A stretch of DNA of 62,974 nucleotides, counting the filler, from Choristocarpus tenellus KU-1152 (Eukaryota > Protista > Phaeophyceae), in assembly GCA_964200185.2 (NCBI GenBank). It is 10 parts of 10 records of this genome, joined end to end, with 100 filler letters (N's around TTAATTAATTAA, not from the genome) between each part and the next. Parts side by side here need not be neighbours in the genome. Positions count along the whole stretch, not along the records: positions 35,095 to 39,482 come from CAXNAD020014787.1; positions 39,583 to 53,349 come from CAXNAD020001372.1; 8 more parts are not named here. The stretch is one strand, 5' to 3'. This document shows, one piece after another, positions 38,666-51,329 of this stretch (positions are counted from its first letter, which is position 1; each line of letters begins with the position of its first letter). The notes beneath the pieces were generated by a model. It had not been told where the DNA came from. It made no database searches and saw only the letters and a list, made by a program, of their open reading frames with translations. Made by a program: the position numbers and the translations under genes.

Positions 38666-41062
38666 GGATGATCGGAGAGGGGATAGATTTCTTGTTGCGA
38701 TATAGAAAGAAAGGAAAGTATTGTGGGTAAATAATATTTGAGTTTATAAGTAAGTAGGTGCTGTGTGAAGAGTTATACTTACCTGACGGGGGCTTGCCAG
38801 TGGTCAAGATGACTGGTGACCGCAGGGGGAGCAGGTTCTTGCACTTGGCCTAAAAACCATGGAGTGCTGTAATCCCTGCAGAAAGTTTCTTCGGAAGCTT
38901 CTCTACCGTATAATTTTTTACCGGGGAGGTTGCGCTTGCGCTCCTCCCAAGCAAGGAACACTCTACTGCAATACAAACATCGGCAATGACAACGCTCATC
39001 CACTTAACGCAGACAAGCACCACACCCAATATACCAAGCCACTCATACTACTTACTTACTCGTCGTATTATTTGTTGTACCCGTTCTCTCGATCTTGTCA
39101 TCTTCGCCTGGAAGTGTATGATGTGCGTGGGGAATGCTTTTCCCACTCACTGGTCTCAGTCCACTGGTTGTCCTTGACAACTTGATTGTCTATTGTTATT
39201 GCTCCCTCTTACCTTGTGCCCTCAGCACCTGACTGAGCTCACTCACCTGTACCACCCACCCCACCGACTGATGGTGTGTGTCCTTCTCACCGACCACCTC
39301 ACGTTGTAAATCTCCGGCGGGGGGTTGTTATCATATCTGTTACAGGCGAATAGCGCAAGTATTTCTTCCTGCGCTTTGACCAGCGCGAGCAGTATACGCT
39401 CGTGAGGAACCCCAAAAGGGGGAACTCCAATTTGCCTAAAAGTTACAGAATAAAGTCTGTAACTCGGGTAGTTGCAAAGGGTNNNNNNNNNNNNNNNNNN
39501 NNNNNNNNNNNNNNNNNNNNNNNNNNTTAATTAATTAANNNNNNNNNNNNNNNNNNNNNNNNNNNNNNNNNNNNNNNNNNNNCGTCCGTTTCAGTCAAAC
39601 AACTTTTTTTTTTTTTTTTTATTTCAAATCTGACACGTGCGACCAAATCACACCAAAAAAGTGAAAATCGAAAAAAGGGTGAAAAACGGACGCCGACACC
39701 CCTTCCCCAGATACTTTGACCCATATATGTTCCTACTCTCACGAAGCCAAACCCCGAACGCACAAATAGGGCAAAACTCGTACCCTCTAAGATACGTTTA
39801 ATCAATCGGGGTTAGCCCTAACCAGCTTTTGACCTGGCCTTAATAAAAAGATCTGTGTGATCTATAGAGAGGAAGAAACCAGAGAGGTTTACAAAAGACA
39901 TTTTTGACCAGGATTTTATGTAGTACTATCTCCCAAACTTGATCTTGTACTTGGAACCTGTGATCCTGAGGGTTCGATCATACATGTATGGGGTTTGAGG
40001 TTAGGTTTACTTCAAGACTATAGTAAACACTCCCTTGAACTCTGCTTATTGTTACGTATATAGTCGTTTTTTGTAATTTGTTATCCACACATTACTCTGA
40101 ACTATCCCGACCTGTAGTCAGAGAGGCACTACATACTTCACTACTTCTCATACTATCTGTTGTTCAGTGGCTATACTGTTTGACCGCAACTAATAGTGCC
40201 TCTGTTGTGGATACTTGTTTGTCACACGTTGGGTTCAGCCACCTCACCGCTCGTTGTTCTTGCTCCTCCCTCCTCAAAACTCGTGCCTTGTTCTGGACCC
40301 ACCTCTGCGTTGATTGTCAATGAAACTTTGCCTTGCTAGCTCATTCTCTGGTCCATCGCTCTTGTGGTAAAACGACAGATTAGGTATTACAGGTGCATGT
40401 CCATTGTGCCTACCATGTGAAGTTTGGATAATCGAGACCAGATTTCAATGAAACTGGACTGATTGGGTTTCAATCCGCAATATTCATGCAGGGAACAGTT
40501 CCTATGACCATCGAATGAGGGGATATTCTCAAAAGTCGTCTAGCCACACGCCTAGCCCATCAGTTATTTTTCCGCAAGGGAGGAGGATGTAGTCAGTCGC
40601 TTTCTCTTAACATACATATTTCATCAAAATTCACTTGGTTTGGATGGAAATTAGCCTATTATTTCCAATGGACAAGGCAGTCATGAAAGTTTCAGTCCAG
40701 ACCTCAGCCGGGTTTCATATGTACTTCTGAAAGACTTTGTGGCGCATCTTGCTTGGATGGTATGGTCTCCTGGCCAATTATAATTTCCAAGTAGCCCGAT
40801 ACAGACAGTGGCTTATATATATTGAACAATTCCATCCCATGGCCTCGAGCTTTGTAAGGTCTAGTCCGGACCTTGGCCTGTGCATATATGCTACAAAAAG
40901 TTCCATAAATGTACCATTATGGGATATTTTTGTCCAATCCACAGGTCTGTACGGAATAGACGAGGCTCGTAGAGGGCTCCATAAAGGAAATGTCGCCAAA
41001 TATGCTGGATCTCTCACTTCAACTATTCAATTTTTTTGTCGAGGCTGGAATTGGGGGAGGGG

Positions 41063-41375
41063 GTCGTACAGAAGGACGGTGGGACCCCGCATACAGACAA
41101 AGGCACAGTGCAGAAGATAAGTGCTGCAGGGAGGTAGGACAAATGGGAAATTAAGCTCATGACGAAGTCAACACAGTCAGCACATCTCAACATCAACAAT
41201 TTGTTTTTTTACTGCATCCCTGAAGAGCAGGGTTTGGGCGGAGAGTTACGGCACCATTGATGACCTTGTAGAGAGGGTTAAGAGCATGTTCCACGTGTAT
41301 GACACAAACACCCTCTCGAGCGTGTGGCAGAGTCTGTTTTTCAGAGGTACAATCAGGTGCTAAGAGCGCTGGCAC
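41063..41375 (+). mobile_element. Tc1/mariner transposase C-terminal remnant, related to the plant/stramenopile DD39D type
   Basis: VVQKDGGTPHT...G R*DKWEIKLMTKSTQSAHLNINNLFF(frameshift)ASLKSRVW...TIDDLVERVKSMFHVYDTNTLSSVWQSLF matches the pattern QQD.A.PH...QP..SPDLN..DL.FF.SL.S. Confidence 0.75.
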
Positions 41376-43734
41376 ACAGGGACCACAAAAAGGCAGCGGG
41401 AGGGTGGGTTGGCTAGAGTGGTCAAAGTAGCCCGAGTCGACTACACCACGACGCTGGATTGGTGAATTGGTGGTGTTGAGTAAGGCGAGACATATATATT
41501 TAATGTAGAATATTCTGAGGAATCCAACGCAAAAATCAGTTTTGTAATCGGAGATCATCGAAGAGCTACAACTTAATACGACGCTATCGTAGGGTTAGGG
41601 GTAGTACAACAAAAATGGGATATAAATTTGATAGCATATACGGTGAGAGTGGAGGTCTTGATGACCCAGGCAAGCAAGTGGTGGCTGGAGAGGGCTCCAG
41701 CCCTTCCATGCTTGGTCAAACTTACCCACTCTGTTTAAGCCATTCCCACTACCAAGGCAAAGTCAGAACACGTGTTTTCAGTATCTCGTAGTATTGTAAC
41801 ATCCAAAAGAAAGAACCTGAACCCATATATTTTGCAGCTCCTTGTCTTCCTACTCACACATGGTCAAAGGTGTATATATGAAAGACTGTCAAGGACGACC
41901 AAAACGCATCTACCATCCGAAAATTGGATTCCAGTCATGGCAGTGTCACAAAATATTTTTGCTAGGGTAGGATTCAATTCCAGTGCTAGTCTAGATATGC
42001 AACGGTGCAGTCTGTTTCTTGGTATCATCAAGTGATAAAATGATATGTATTCTGTGTTGTGTAATAAGGTCTTGTTGTAAGTTGTAAGCAATGCACACAA
42101 TGTCGATGTGCTCACTGTGTTCTCTTCTATGTTCTTTCTTTCCCCTGATGATACGTAATAGAATATGAACAGAACTATTGTGATGAAAGATCAAGACTAC
42201 CTGTTCATAACTCCTCATACACAAATTCTTCACACTTCTTCTTGAGTAAAATATGGTACTCTGATCTGTCTCAGATATGGAAGACATTATATGCCTGTAG
42301 TGGGGAAAGAGTGCACAAATGGCTGTAAGTAAGATTTTCTATTTTTGCCTCACACGATATATAGCCATGTCCTCTCAAAACTGACACAACCTATACTCTA
42401 TAAATTTTCCTGATTCGTAAGACTGGAGAGCAAGTGTGATCAATATGACTCAGATGGGATGGGAAATGTCAAAAGCAAAATGGAGCACAGTTTTTTCGAA
42501 ATTGCTACAAAACTGGAAACCTACATGGGAAAAAATAAGATTGGCCTTGGACACACAGGTGATGAAAATATACAAAGTCTAGAATTATGATGGAGACACG
42601 CCATATCTGAAAAGACAAGACACCAGAACAGGCTTGAGTGTTGATTTCTTTCTATTCCTTTGCAATCTTTGGTATTGGGCAGAATGAAATTACTTCCAAA
42701 CCTCACCTTGTGTGGTACCATGTCAGGTGTGTGCACTCATAAATATTGTTGTCACCACAGAAAGTAGGCCATCCTACATAATGGAGCAGAACAGAAATAT
42801 CTTGGTTCTGGTACCTACTATGTTGTAAAATGTGATGAAAAGTGTTGCACCCAAGATATTCTCAGGATAGGGAGGATATTACTGTCTAAGCATGAGGATT
42901 ATGCATATATGGGCATGCACACATTCATTGCAATGATATATGTATGAACACATCATTGATGGTTATTTTTACTTTAATCAATCAAATTAAGATGTGTCTC
43001 TCTGACAGCAAAGGTTGCCTTCACTTATAGAAGCAGGGTTTCCATACCCTTGTGCCTATCAGTATATCAGAGACAGAACATATTGCATCGATTAAAAGTA
43101 TCACCACATCTGACAGTCACCCAACCACCCCGTGCATCAAACTGTTGCAATACATGACCTCTCTTCACACTTTCTAGGAAGAGTTATTGGTATATCAACA
43201 AAACTGTGGATACACTGTGTAGAGATATGCCTAACAATGAGATCGCAAGAACATGAGTGGGAACAAGTTCACACCACATATGCAGTCATCCACAAACAAA
43301 ATGTATTAGCAAAATTAGATAATCAAAATGGACAGAAGGCACATCTTAGGCCAGGCCTCTCTACTCACCTTCACCACCTACCAATGTAATCGACTGAAAA
43401 AGCACCAAACCGACTCACAAGAAATACAAAGTGCGCTTCTCTACCAATTCCGGTTTATGTTGTACCCAACGTCACATTTGAACTGTACGGAGCAAAAACA
43501 CTGGAAATATGACCAAAGTACGAGAAGCGCAATGGGTTCCTCTCCACCCATTGCCAGAGTTATATTATGAAAACGTCAATATTTGAACTGGAAAGAGTAG
43601 CTACATTGGAACGAAATTACCAGACGTAGGGAGGAGCATTCTTCCCTAAACCTTGCCAGTTTTGCACTACACAAACAACATCTTTTGTACAAGAGAGGGA
43701 ACAAGCCTGCAAACTGAAATGCCGGGTTAGTTGG

Positions 43735-43919
43735 GACCCAAAGTATCTGTGGGGAGGGGGGGTGGTCTACTTCAGGGTGTCCATTTGGGTCAAAATCAAG
43801 AAAAGTGAATTTACATTATTATCCGTCAGGCGTATGCAACCAAATCACCCAAAAATCGCGACATGAAAAAATGAACCCCAAAGGGATAGCCGCCACCTCC
43901 CCCCCAGATACTTTGAGCC
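43735..43919. mobile_element. Complete 185-bp MITE (TIRs GACCCAAAGTATCTG.GGG / GGCTCAAAGTATCTGGGGG), TSD TGG
   Basis: Imperfect terminal inverted repeats, with TGG at both 43732-43734 and 43920-43922. The body is the reverse complement of the copy at 8708-8890. Confidence 0.85.
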
Positions 43920-43990
43920 TGGCAGAAGTTCAAAATGAGGATCCCCTACCTGTTCTATCTAAACAGCAATGTTGATGCTATATAGGGTCT

Positions 43991-45013
43991 CTAGCCATGA
44001 GACAACAACTCTCCAAAATGAAGTGCTGCTTCTGTAGAAAAGGTCCCCTCAACCAAAGGACAGCCATTGTCCAATGCCCATCGTACGATGTCAAGATGAC
44101 CCCACTCAATAGCGTAGGATAAGGTCCACTCATCCCATGGGCAGTCATTGACCCTGGCCCATATTAAAATGTCCAGATGTCCACCGATAGCAGCTTGTTG
44201 ACAAGTCCTTGCATCCCAGGGGCAACCTTTGCTCCTGGCCTACTTCAAGGTATTCAGGTGTCCCCCCCTTGCGGCATTTGAACAGGTCCTCGTATCCCAT
44301 GGGCAGCCGTTGGTCCTGGCCCACCTCAAGATATATAGGTGTCCTCCTTCCGCAGCACTGGCGCAGATCCCCCCAAACCATGGCCCACCATCCCAAGGAC
44401 AGCCGTTGGCCTTAGCCCACTCCAGCACGTGCAGGTGTCCCCCCAAGGCGCCCTGGGAATAGGTCGTCCCGTCCCAAGGACAACCGTTGGCCCTGACCCA
44501 CTTCATAATATCCAGACGTCCCCCTCGAGCAGCACGAGAGCAAGTCCCCACACCCCATGGGCAGCCAATGACTCTGGCCCACTTCAGCACATCCAGGTGA
44601 CCCCCTCTCGCCGCGAAAGAACAGGTCCTTGAATCCCAGGGACAGCCGTTGGCTCTGGCCCACTTCAAGGTATCGAGTTGCCCCTCCCTTGCAGCATAGG
44701 CGCAGGTCCGAGCATCCCATGGACAACCTTTACCTCTGGCGTAGAATAGCACGGACAGATCACCTTGCCCAGCCGCCATTGCACAGGTGTTCCTATTCCA
44801 TGGACAACTGCAGTCCTTAGCCCAAGCCAACCGAGACACTGACTGAACGGCAGAGTTCACACCAGTTGTGGTGGGTCGACCCATCTTCCAGATATCTCTC
44901 CATGCTCTAGATACACCAGCGATGAAAAGGAACTCATCGGTAGAAGTGAGCTCCACGAGGTGTCGCAAAATATCCAGGCTACCATCGATGCCCAAATTTT
45001 CTTTAAGCAACAT
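43991..45013 (-). pseudogene. Intronless F-box-like + ankyrin-repeat gene (CPW..TC..AA.GG.L..LKWARANG repeats) interrupted by one in-frame TAG
   Basis: ORF 44240-45079 (first ATG at 45013) has an N-terminal FLFIAGVSRAWR motif and about 8 ~25-aa repeats. The stop at 44242-44240 is TAG at the conserved Trp (LK-W-AR). The same frame continues 82 codons (ARSKGCPWDARTCQQAAIGGHLDILIWARVNDCPWD...) to a TAG at 43993-43991. Confidence 0.85.
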
Positions 45014-48000
45014 AGTCCCCTGCGACCCCCTTTTGTTGGGGTGGTTGCCAATCCATTCAGTGAACGTATGAACCAACACTAAGCACTAAGCATTTCCAAA
45101 ACCCCTAATACCTGATGCTTCTCGTTCTGTTGTTCGTACTTCTAGAAATTTAAGAGTTCACGCTTTGAATGGTTTGAAGGAGACAGGGGAGTTGTTCCTT
45201 TCGTTGGAAGAATACTTCAACTAGAAGATCTTTTTGCACTAGCAACTTAATGGAGGGCTCGCTAACAGTAAATATTTTTGGGAAGGAAATGGGAGAGGGA
45301 TTGTTCTACATATCAAGCGAATGAAAATCCTTATTTTGTACATGTTGGAGTCGTGTTTGGATTGGTTTAGAAAACATCTCTCATGACATCAAATCACTGA
45401 GTGTGGAAGTTCTCAAATATATTTTTGTATCTTGTTTTCTGATTATATTTGAAGAGTTCGAACTCCATCGATTCCAAACTTCGTCTCAAGGACATCTCCT
45501 TAAATTACTCGGAGTTTAAACATTGAAGACTAAGGAATGCGTACCTACCTACCCTATCCTTCACACGATGTTCTCTATGTACCACAAAAATCCTGTACCA
45601 GCAAGAACCAAGCGGCAAGTCTTCATTGTTGAGCACTGCCGAGGTGGGTCCAGCACAAGATTTGAGGTAGGACGAGAGACGAGTGGTGATACCCAACCTG
45701 CGAGAAGCAGCAAGCACTAACGGAGGTAATACAACTGGAAGAACTTTAGTCTTGGTGCAGTAGTAAGAAACAGTGGTTTGTATGAGAAGTCGGGTTGTGT
45801 GTAGTAGTAGTGTCTCTGACCACAAATCAAAATAGTATCCAAACTAAAACGTTCAGATTAGAGTTTTCACATCTTAGACAACATTTATCACTCAAACACT
45901 ACAACATGTTATGTCCATAACGTCCAGTATGCAACACCGTGTAAAGCTCTTACCGACATCCAGTATGTATCACCCTGTTCCAAAAAATGTAAATTATATG
46001 AAATTATATCTATTACATTTTCGACAACTATTATGTTTGCAGGAGTTCTTACGATGTAGAAATGGCGTTTCGCCTGACACATCTACAAAATGTGAGAGGG
46101 CATAATAATAATATGTAGGGAAATGCTACTACTGTTTTTGTGCACAAAGTACTTCTAGAAGAAAAATTACAGTGAAAACATGCCAACACGAAGTATTGCC
46201 ATAGTGTCTTCAACGCGTGACGTTTTTGGAAGGTGTGAGAAAATATTTGTCAAAATGATTGCACAAAGGAGGGGGGGAGGTTACAGATAATACCAGGTTC
46301 ACATCTGACGATAGCAAAAATAAACGATCAATAACGAGGAGAACCTTGATTGTTTAGCAATTTGTCCGATGTGGCAAACAATTACACACCTTGAGCAACA
46401 TAGAACTCAACACTATGTTCTGTCCGTAAACAAGAAGAAAACATGCATAGCACTATTGTTACAGGCGATATGTCTTGATGGCGGTTTCATAAACACAATT
46501 ATAACATTGAAGTCCATCGTTGGTCTGACTGTGTTATCCTCTTTTGACCTGCAGTTGGGACTAGTTTCTGAGTTTGCGCTCTAAAGCTCAAGGGAGATAG
46601 CTTGCCCATGTCCATGCCCATGTCTATGTAGAATTTGTTCCATCATGATACTAGGTATGACTAGAAGTCGTCAAGCACTTGTCCCCACAAAAGTCTCCCA
46701 GAACGGGGATTGAGAAGCTCGTCGGGGCGAGGTCTACTAGTTGCCAACCTCAACACCCAGATTGTTCATCTTCCAGAAAGTGCTTTCTGCTTGATAAAGT
46801 ATGTTTATAGAGATCTAGAAGGTGGTGTTAAGTGCTGAGTTTGCTGTGTTTAGGGTGGGCATGAAGACATCATTTCGTAGGGTCAGATGGCACCGAATGT
46901 CCCTACTTACCGCCTTGTGGATAGGAAGGATATCAGTAATGAAATCATGAACGGAAATGTAATCTCATTGTTAATTTGGTATCAATGAGACCCAGGAAAG
47001 GTGGACATAATGTGTACGAATTTGCGAAGATTGGTGGAGAAGGTCTTTGAGGCCCTGGAGACTCCACAGCAGTATGGAGAGCTCTGTGGTGCTCTGGAAC
47101 TACTTCAGGATGAAAACATTTTTTTCCCCACAATATATATACTTTTCTTCCTTTGAATATGAGGACTATCCTAAACCAGAAAAATTGTTTCAAAAATATT
47201 ACGTCAATATTGATGATTTTTGGAAGGGGGACCTGTGGGGTTGACGGAACAGCCTTGTTTAGGCAGAAACAGATAAGGGCACAAGTCCCACACTACCAAA
47301 AATGCAGCATACAAGCCCAAAAAGAAAAGGTGCATAAGATGCAGCTATACGCAAGCAACCAAATATACCACTATCGTGTAACATGGGATATGCAATTGAA
47401 AATGCAAGGAGCCTGAGGTCAAAGCTAACTGAGGAGGCTAACGATGCAAAACTAACAAAAAATTCTCCCTTAGAAGTACGAAAGTAACTATAGGTCTGTT
47501 GAGTTCAGGTGTTGAAGATCAGCAGAATAACAAAAGGTTATTGGGCGATTTTCTGATATATGCCAAATTTCTAGGTAGAGCTGGACTGGTAGATTTTGTA
47601 CATGATACGTGACTTTCACCAAAGGGCAATGTAAGACAAAAAACGGTCTCCAGTCAAGGCGATACTGTAGGCTCTTGCACTTCTTTGATTTATGTCCAAG
47701 TCAATGATTGAGGCAGCAAACAGATTATCTCTAGAGGGCATGTATGTTTGAATGGCAATTAATTACTATTTCCATCAAGTATGACAACTACATGTGTTAA
47801 TTGTTGTTCCATGTCTGTTGTCCACGTAGCAACACTAAGTCAACTCTCTACTTCACGTACTCAAAAGAGTAGTCAGATTTGTATGCATTTTTTATCACTT
47901 GATCACTTATTTGTTATTTGAACTTTGACCAGGTCATTATCCTCTCACACCCACACAAGTAGTACGTCAACAGCCACATATGGTCTTTGAATATCTGGGG

Positions 48001-48623
48001 ATGATGGAGGTGGGCACCTGGATCATTAATCTTATGAGGCAATTTAATTTATCCGAATTATGGGTCTTGTGTATTGCAAACGAAATTTGAAAACCCTATG
48101 TTTGGAAATTGGTTGCATGCCTTGGTAGGGCCAGGGCAATACAGATGACTCCATAGTGCTACAGAAGAGGAGGACAGACAAGTCTTGTGTAATTGATGAG
48201 GGCGATAGGGTGGTAGTTTCAACTACCACATGTGAAAGAATCTTATCTTCAAAGGGTATATGGAGGATGTATTGGAACACCAAAAGAAAATTCAGTGGAC
48301 CTCCAGGAAGTCTTCAAGTCTTTCGGCCTCTACAAAACAAAGAAATTCCTGGCAAGAAAAAAAGTCACCCTATGGATAAAGCACAAAAATTGATTTGAGA
48401 ACATTGATTTCTCAACTGAAAATATTTCGACAGAATTTACAAAGTTCCCTACACATATTTGCACAAAATGCCGAAAATTGCATGTATTTTTTAAGCGTCC
48501 TAAAAATGCGAAAAATGCAACCCTCTTACCATGCCAGATACTGCGGTCACACATTCCTGTGTGGTAGCACTATGTGAAGGAGGAACAAAGGAACACGGTG
48601 GTAATGATGATGTTGTTAACTTT

Positions 48624-48803
48624 AGCCTTTTGTCATGAGCAAAATTCACATTTGTGTATCATATTGATTTGCCAGAGAGGACATAACTCTCCAACCCTTG
48701 GGGGGGAGCAAAGCCTTTTGTCATGAGCAAAATTCACATTTGTGTATCATATTGATTTGCCAGAGAGGACATAACTCTCCAAACCTTGGGGGGGAGCAAA
48801 AGC
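48624..48803. repeat. Near-perfect 88-bp tandem duplication
   Basis: AGCCTTTTGTCATGAGCAAAATTCAC...GGGGGGAGCAA starts at 48624 and again at 48712. Confidence 0.95.
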
Positions 48804-49799
48804 TTTACTATCCACTAAGCTTTGCTTTTTTTTTATATGTGATGTGAAAGATACGTTGACTGGGAACCAGGTTAGAATTATTCAAGTATGCTCCTGTATG
48901 GTGAAAAATAAAATGTTAAGGTTCACACTTCTACATCTGATTTATTTGAGTTCTGTTGGACACAAAGGAAGAACGTCATTTGGTTGTCCTTGTCATTATA
49001 TGCTGATTTGTATACCTAACAAATACCTGGCTAAGTATTGTTCAAAATACTCTTCTCAGAACAAGCATTAACAAGACGAGAAATGGTACATAATATAAGG
49101 TACAACCTTACAAACACACATGCAAAGGCAAAAAACACAATAATGTCGTTCCATGCAACCTCTGTAACATCAACCACATTTAAAATAACCTCATTTCCTG
49201 ATCCCAAAGCTGTGCAGGCACACTTTCTATCAAGATGTACAGTAAAATGTACAGTAACATTAGTCTAAAATTACCATAAGCAAAAAAAGATCGCCCTTAG
49301 AAAGGTGAAAGGTCAAACTGGAGGAAACACAAAGGACCCAAACTGAATCTGTAAAAAATGATTTCAACGCTTGCCTGCACTGCCACTACCCCCCTTCAAA
49401 TCTGTTAAGCTTCTTTTTTATTGTCAGGTTCTAACAGATAAGGACCTACGGTAGGCGTTTGTAGACAATACCACAAATTTCATAACTAAATGTGGTTACG
49501 TGCAGTAGGTGTCCTACAGAAAGAACAAACAGGGAAATGGCTCTGCACCAAAGAAGGTCACCATAACATCATTTGAAGGGGACACGGTGGGGAAAAAGAA
49601 ACCCAGTAAGAAGGACAAATTAGTTGACCTGTCAGATTATATGAAAAACATATCCAAGATAGGAGCCCTCTTAAGCACAAACCCTTCCTTCTCTCACTCA
49701 GGAAACAAGCATGTCGCCACAGGTAGATGGTCTGGCCACATAAAGGCTGTGCCTCACTCAACACAATTCCATAAACCATTATTCACAACGTACATCCAA

Positions 49800-50640
49800 A
49801 AATTAGCCAACTACTGCAGGATATATAGGTGGTCCCTACCAACCGCAAATGAACAACTTTATTCGTCCCAAGGGCAGACATGGGCTCTGACCTACATCAA
49901 GCTGTCCAGGTGGCCCTCCATGGCAAATTGTTGACAGATCCCTGCATCCAAGGCCGACCATTGCCCATTGCCCAGATTAGATCTTCTACATACCTCATCA
50001 AAGCGGCAGTCAAACATGTTGGAGCATGGCAAAGGCATTCGTTTCCCGTCGCACTTCAGGGTGTCTTGGTGACCCTCATACTCAGGACTAGAAGAGATCC
50101 CTCCATTCAAGGCTCGCCATCCCAGGTATAGCCGTTAGCCTTATCTCCCACCACTTGATTCGGAAATAGAGGAGACCATTCCATCCCAAGGACAACGCAC
50201 ATTTCAAGGCACCTAGGTTCCCCCCACAGGGAACAGGGAGGCAAGTCCTTACGCCACATGGACAACCATTGGCCCTAGCCCGCTTCAGCATATTCAGGTG
50301 ACCTCCACCTCTCACAGCAAACGATTGTTGGAGACATTGGAACAGGTCCGAGTATCTCACGGACAATTCCCACCCATCTAATGCTTCCAAGTCTCAGTTC
50401 TTTGCCGCCTGGTCGCAGGAGAACTCATTCTAGGGACGACCACAATCCCTACCCAAAGCCAGTTGGGAAGCGGACTGAACACTAGAGGTCGTGCTAGTTG
50501 TGATGGGCTGATTGATCATCCAAAGTTATTTTCAGTTTTCAGATACTCCAGCAACGTAAAGAAAGTCATTGGGAGAGGGTTACCTGGATGTAGTATGTGG
50601 TGTCTCAACACACTTTCATTATGTTCGAGATAAAAAAACC
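49800..50640 (-). pseudogene. Decayed paralogue of the F-box-like/ankyrin-repeat gene
   Basis: Minus-strand fragments NDFLYVAGVSEN*, AVRGGGHLNMLKRARANGCPCGVRTC, EGHQDTLK and WSALDAGICQQFAMEGHLDSLM, in several frames with stops and frameshifts. Same orientation as the 44-45 kb copy. Confidence 0.8.
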
Positions 50641-50840
50641 CCATGAAGTCAATCAACTCCTATTGTACCGATCGCTTCTACTCTATATTTTGAGGGGTCG
50701 TTCAAGAAGATCGTCCAAAATCCACCTTGTTTCCACTTACTATACAATGAAGATCTATCCAAATGTTCAGATATATACTTCAGTTATATAGATTGAGCGT
50801 TTTTCTTTTATTGTAGAAGGTATAGTTCGCAGTTTTTTCC

Positions 50841-51058
50841 TTCAAATCTTCAAAATGATTGTTTGGGTCATTGTATAGGAGAATGGTTGAAAATACGGAT
50901 GAATAAATATAGGAATACGCTTGCAATAAATCTTGTTTGGTAGATAGAGGCTATACAACTTCGCAAAAATTGTATTCAAATCTTCAAAAAGGTTGTTGGG
51001 GTCGTTGTATAGGAAATTGGTTGATAAATACGGATAAACAAAAAAAGAAATATGCTTC
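50841..51058. repeat. Diverged direct repeat (about 80-bp units, about 135-bp spacing)
   Basis: TTCAAATCTTCAAAA...GGGTC.TTGTATAGGA.A.TGGTTGA.AAATACGGAT occurs at 50841 and at ~50976. Confidence 0.75.
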
Positions 51059-51329
51059 AAATACATGTTACTAATTTCTACCTTGAACTTCAAAAGTTTT
51101 GTAGTATATAAGTAGTAACTGCTACACAAAACTTATTTCGTTGATGTACTAATATATATAAAATGTCTATCACAGAGTTACTCGAAGCGTGATGGTTGAT
51201 ATCACCCGTGATGTTCACTTAAGAGGAATTGAACAATTGCCCGCACACACTAATAAAGCCAGAGAGCGAGTAAGGGGTAAAAGATTCGACAGCCAGTACA
51301 AGTACGAGTGTGATGGTGGAATCCTCACG

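Noticed and set aside
42400-43600. Possible decayed coding region with Cys/His-rich words
   Set aside because: No recognisable family motif or sustained reading frame, so no call can be supported.
44240-44242. Alternative genetic code (TAG reassigned)
   Set aside because: This is a single instance. The conserved SF3A3, AMMECR1 and FAM135-like exons have no in-frame TAG and use TGG for Trp.
44145-44820. Overlapping repetitive ORFs in other frames and on the opposite strand of the ankyrin gene
   Set aside because: These are shadow frames of the ~75-bp ankyrin repeat periodicity.
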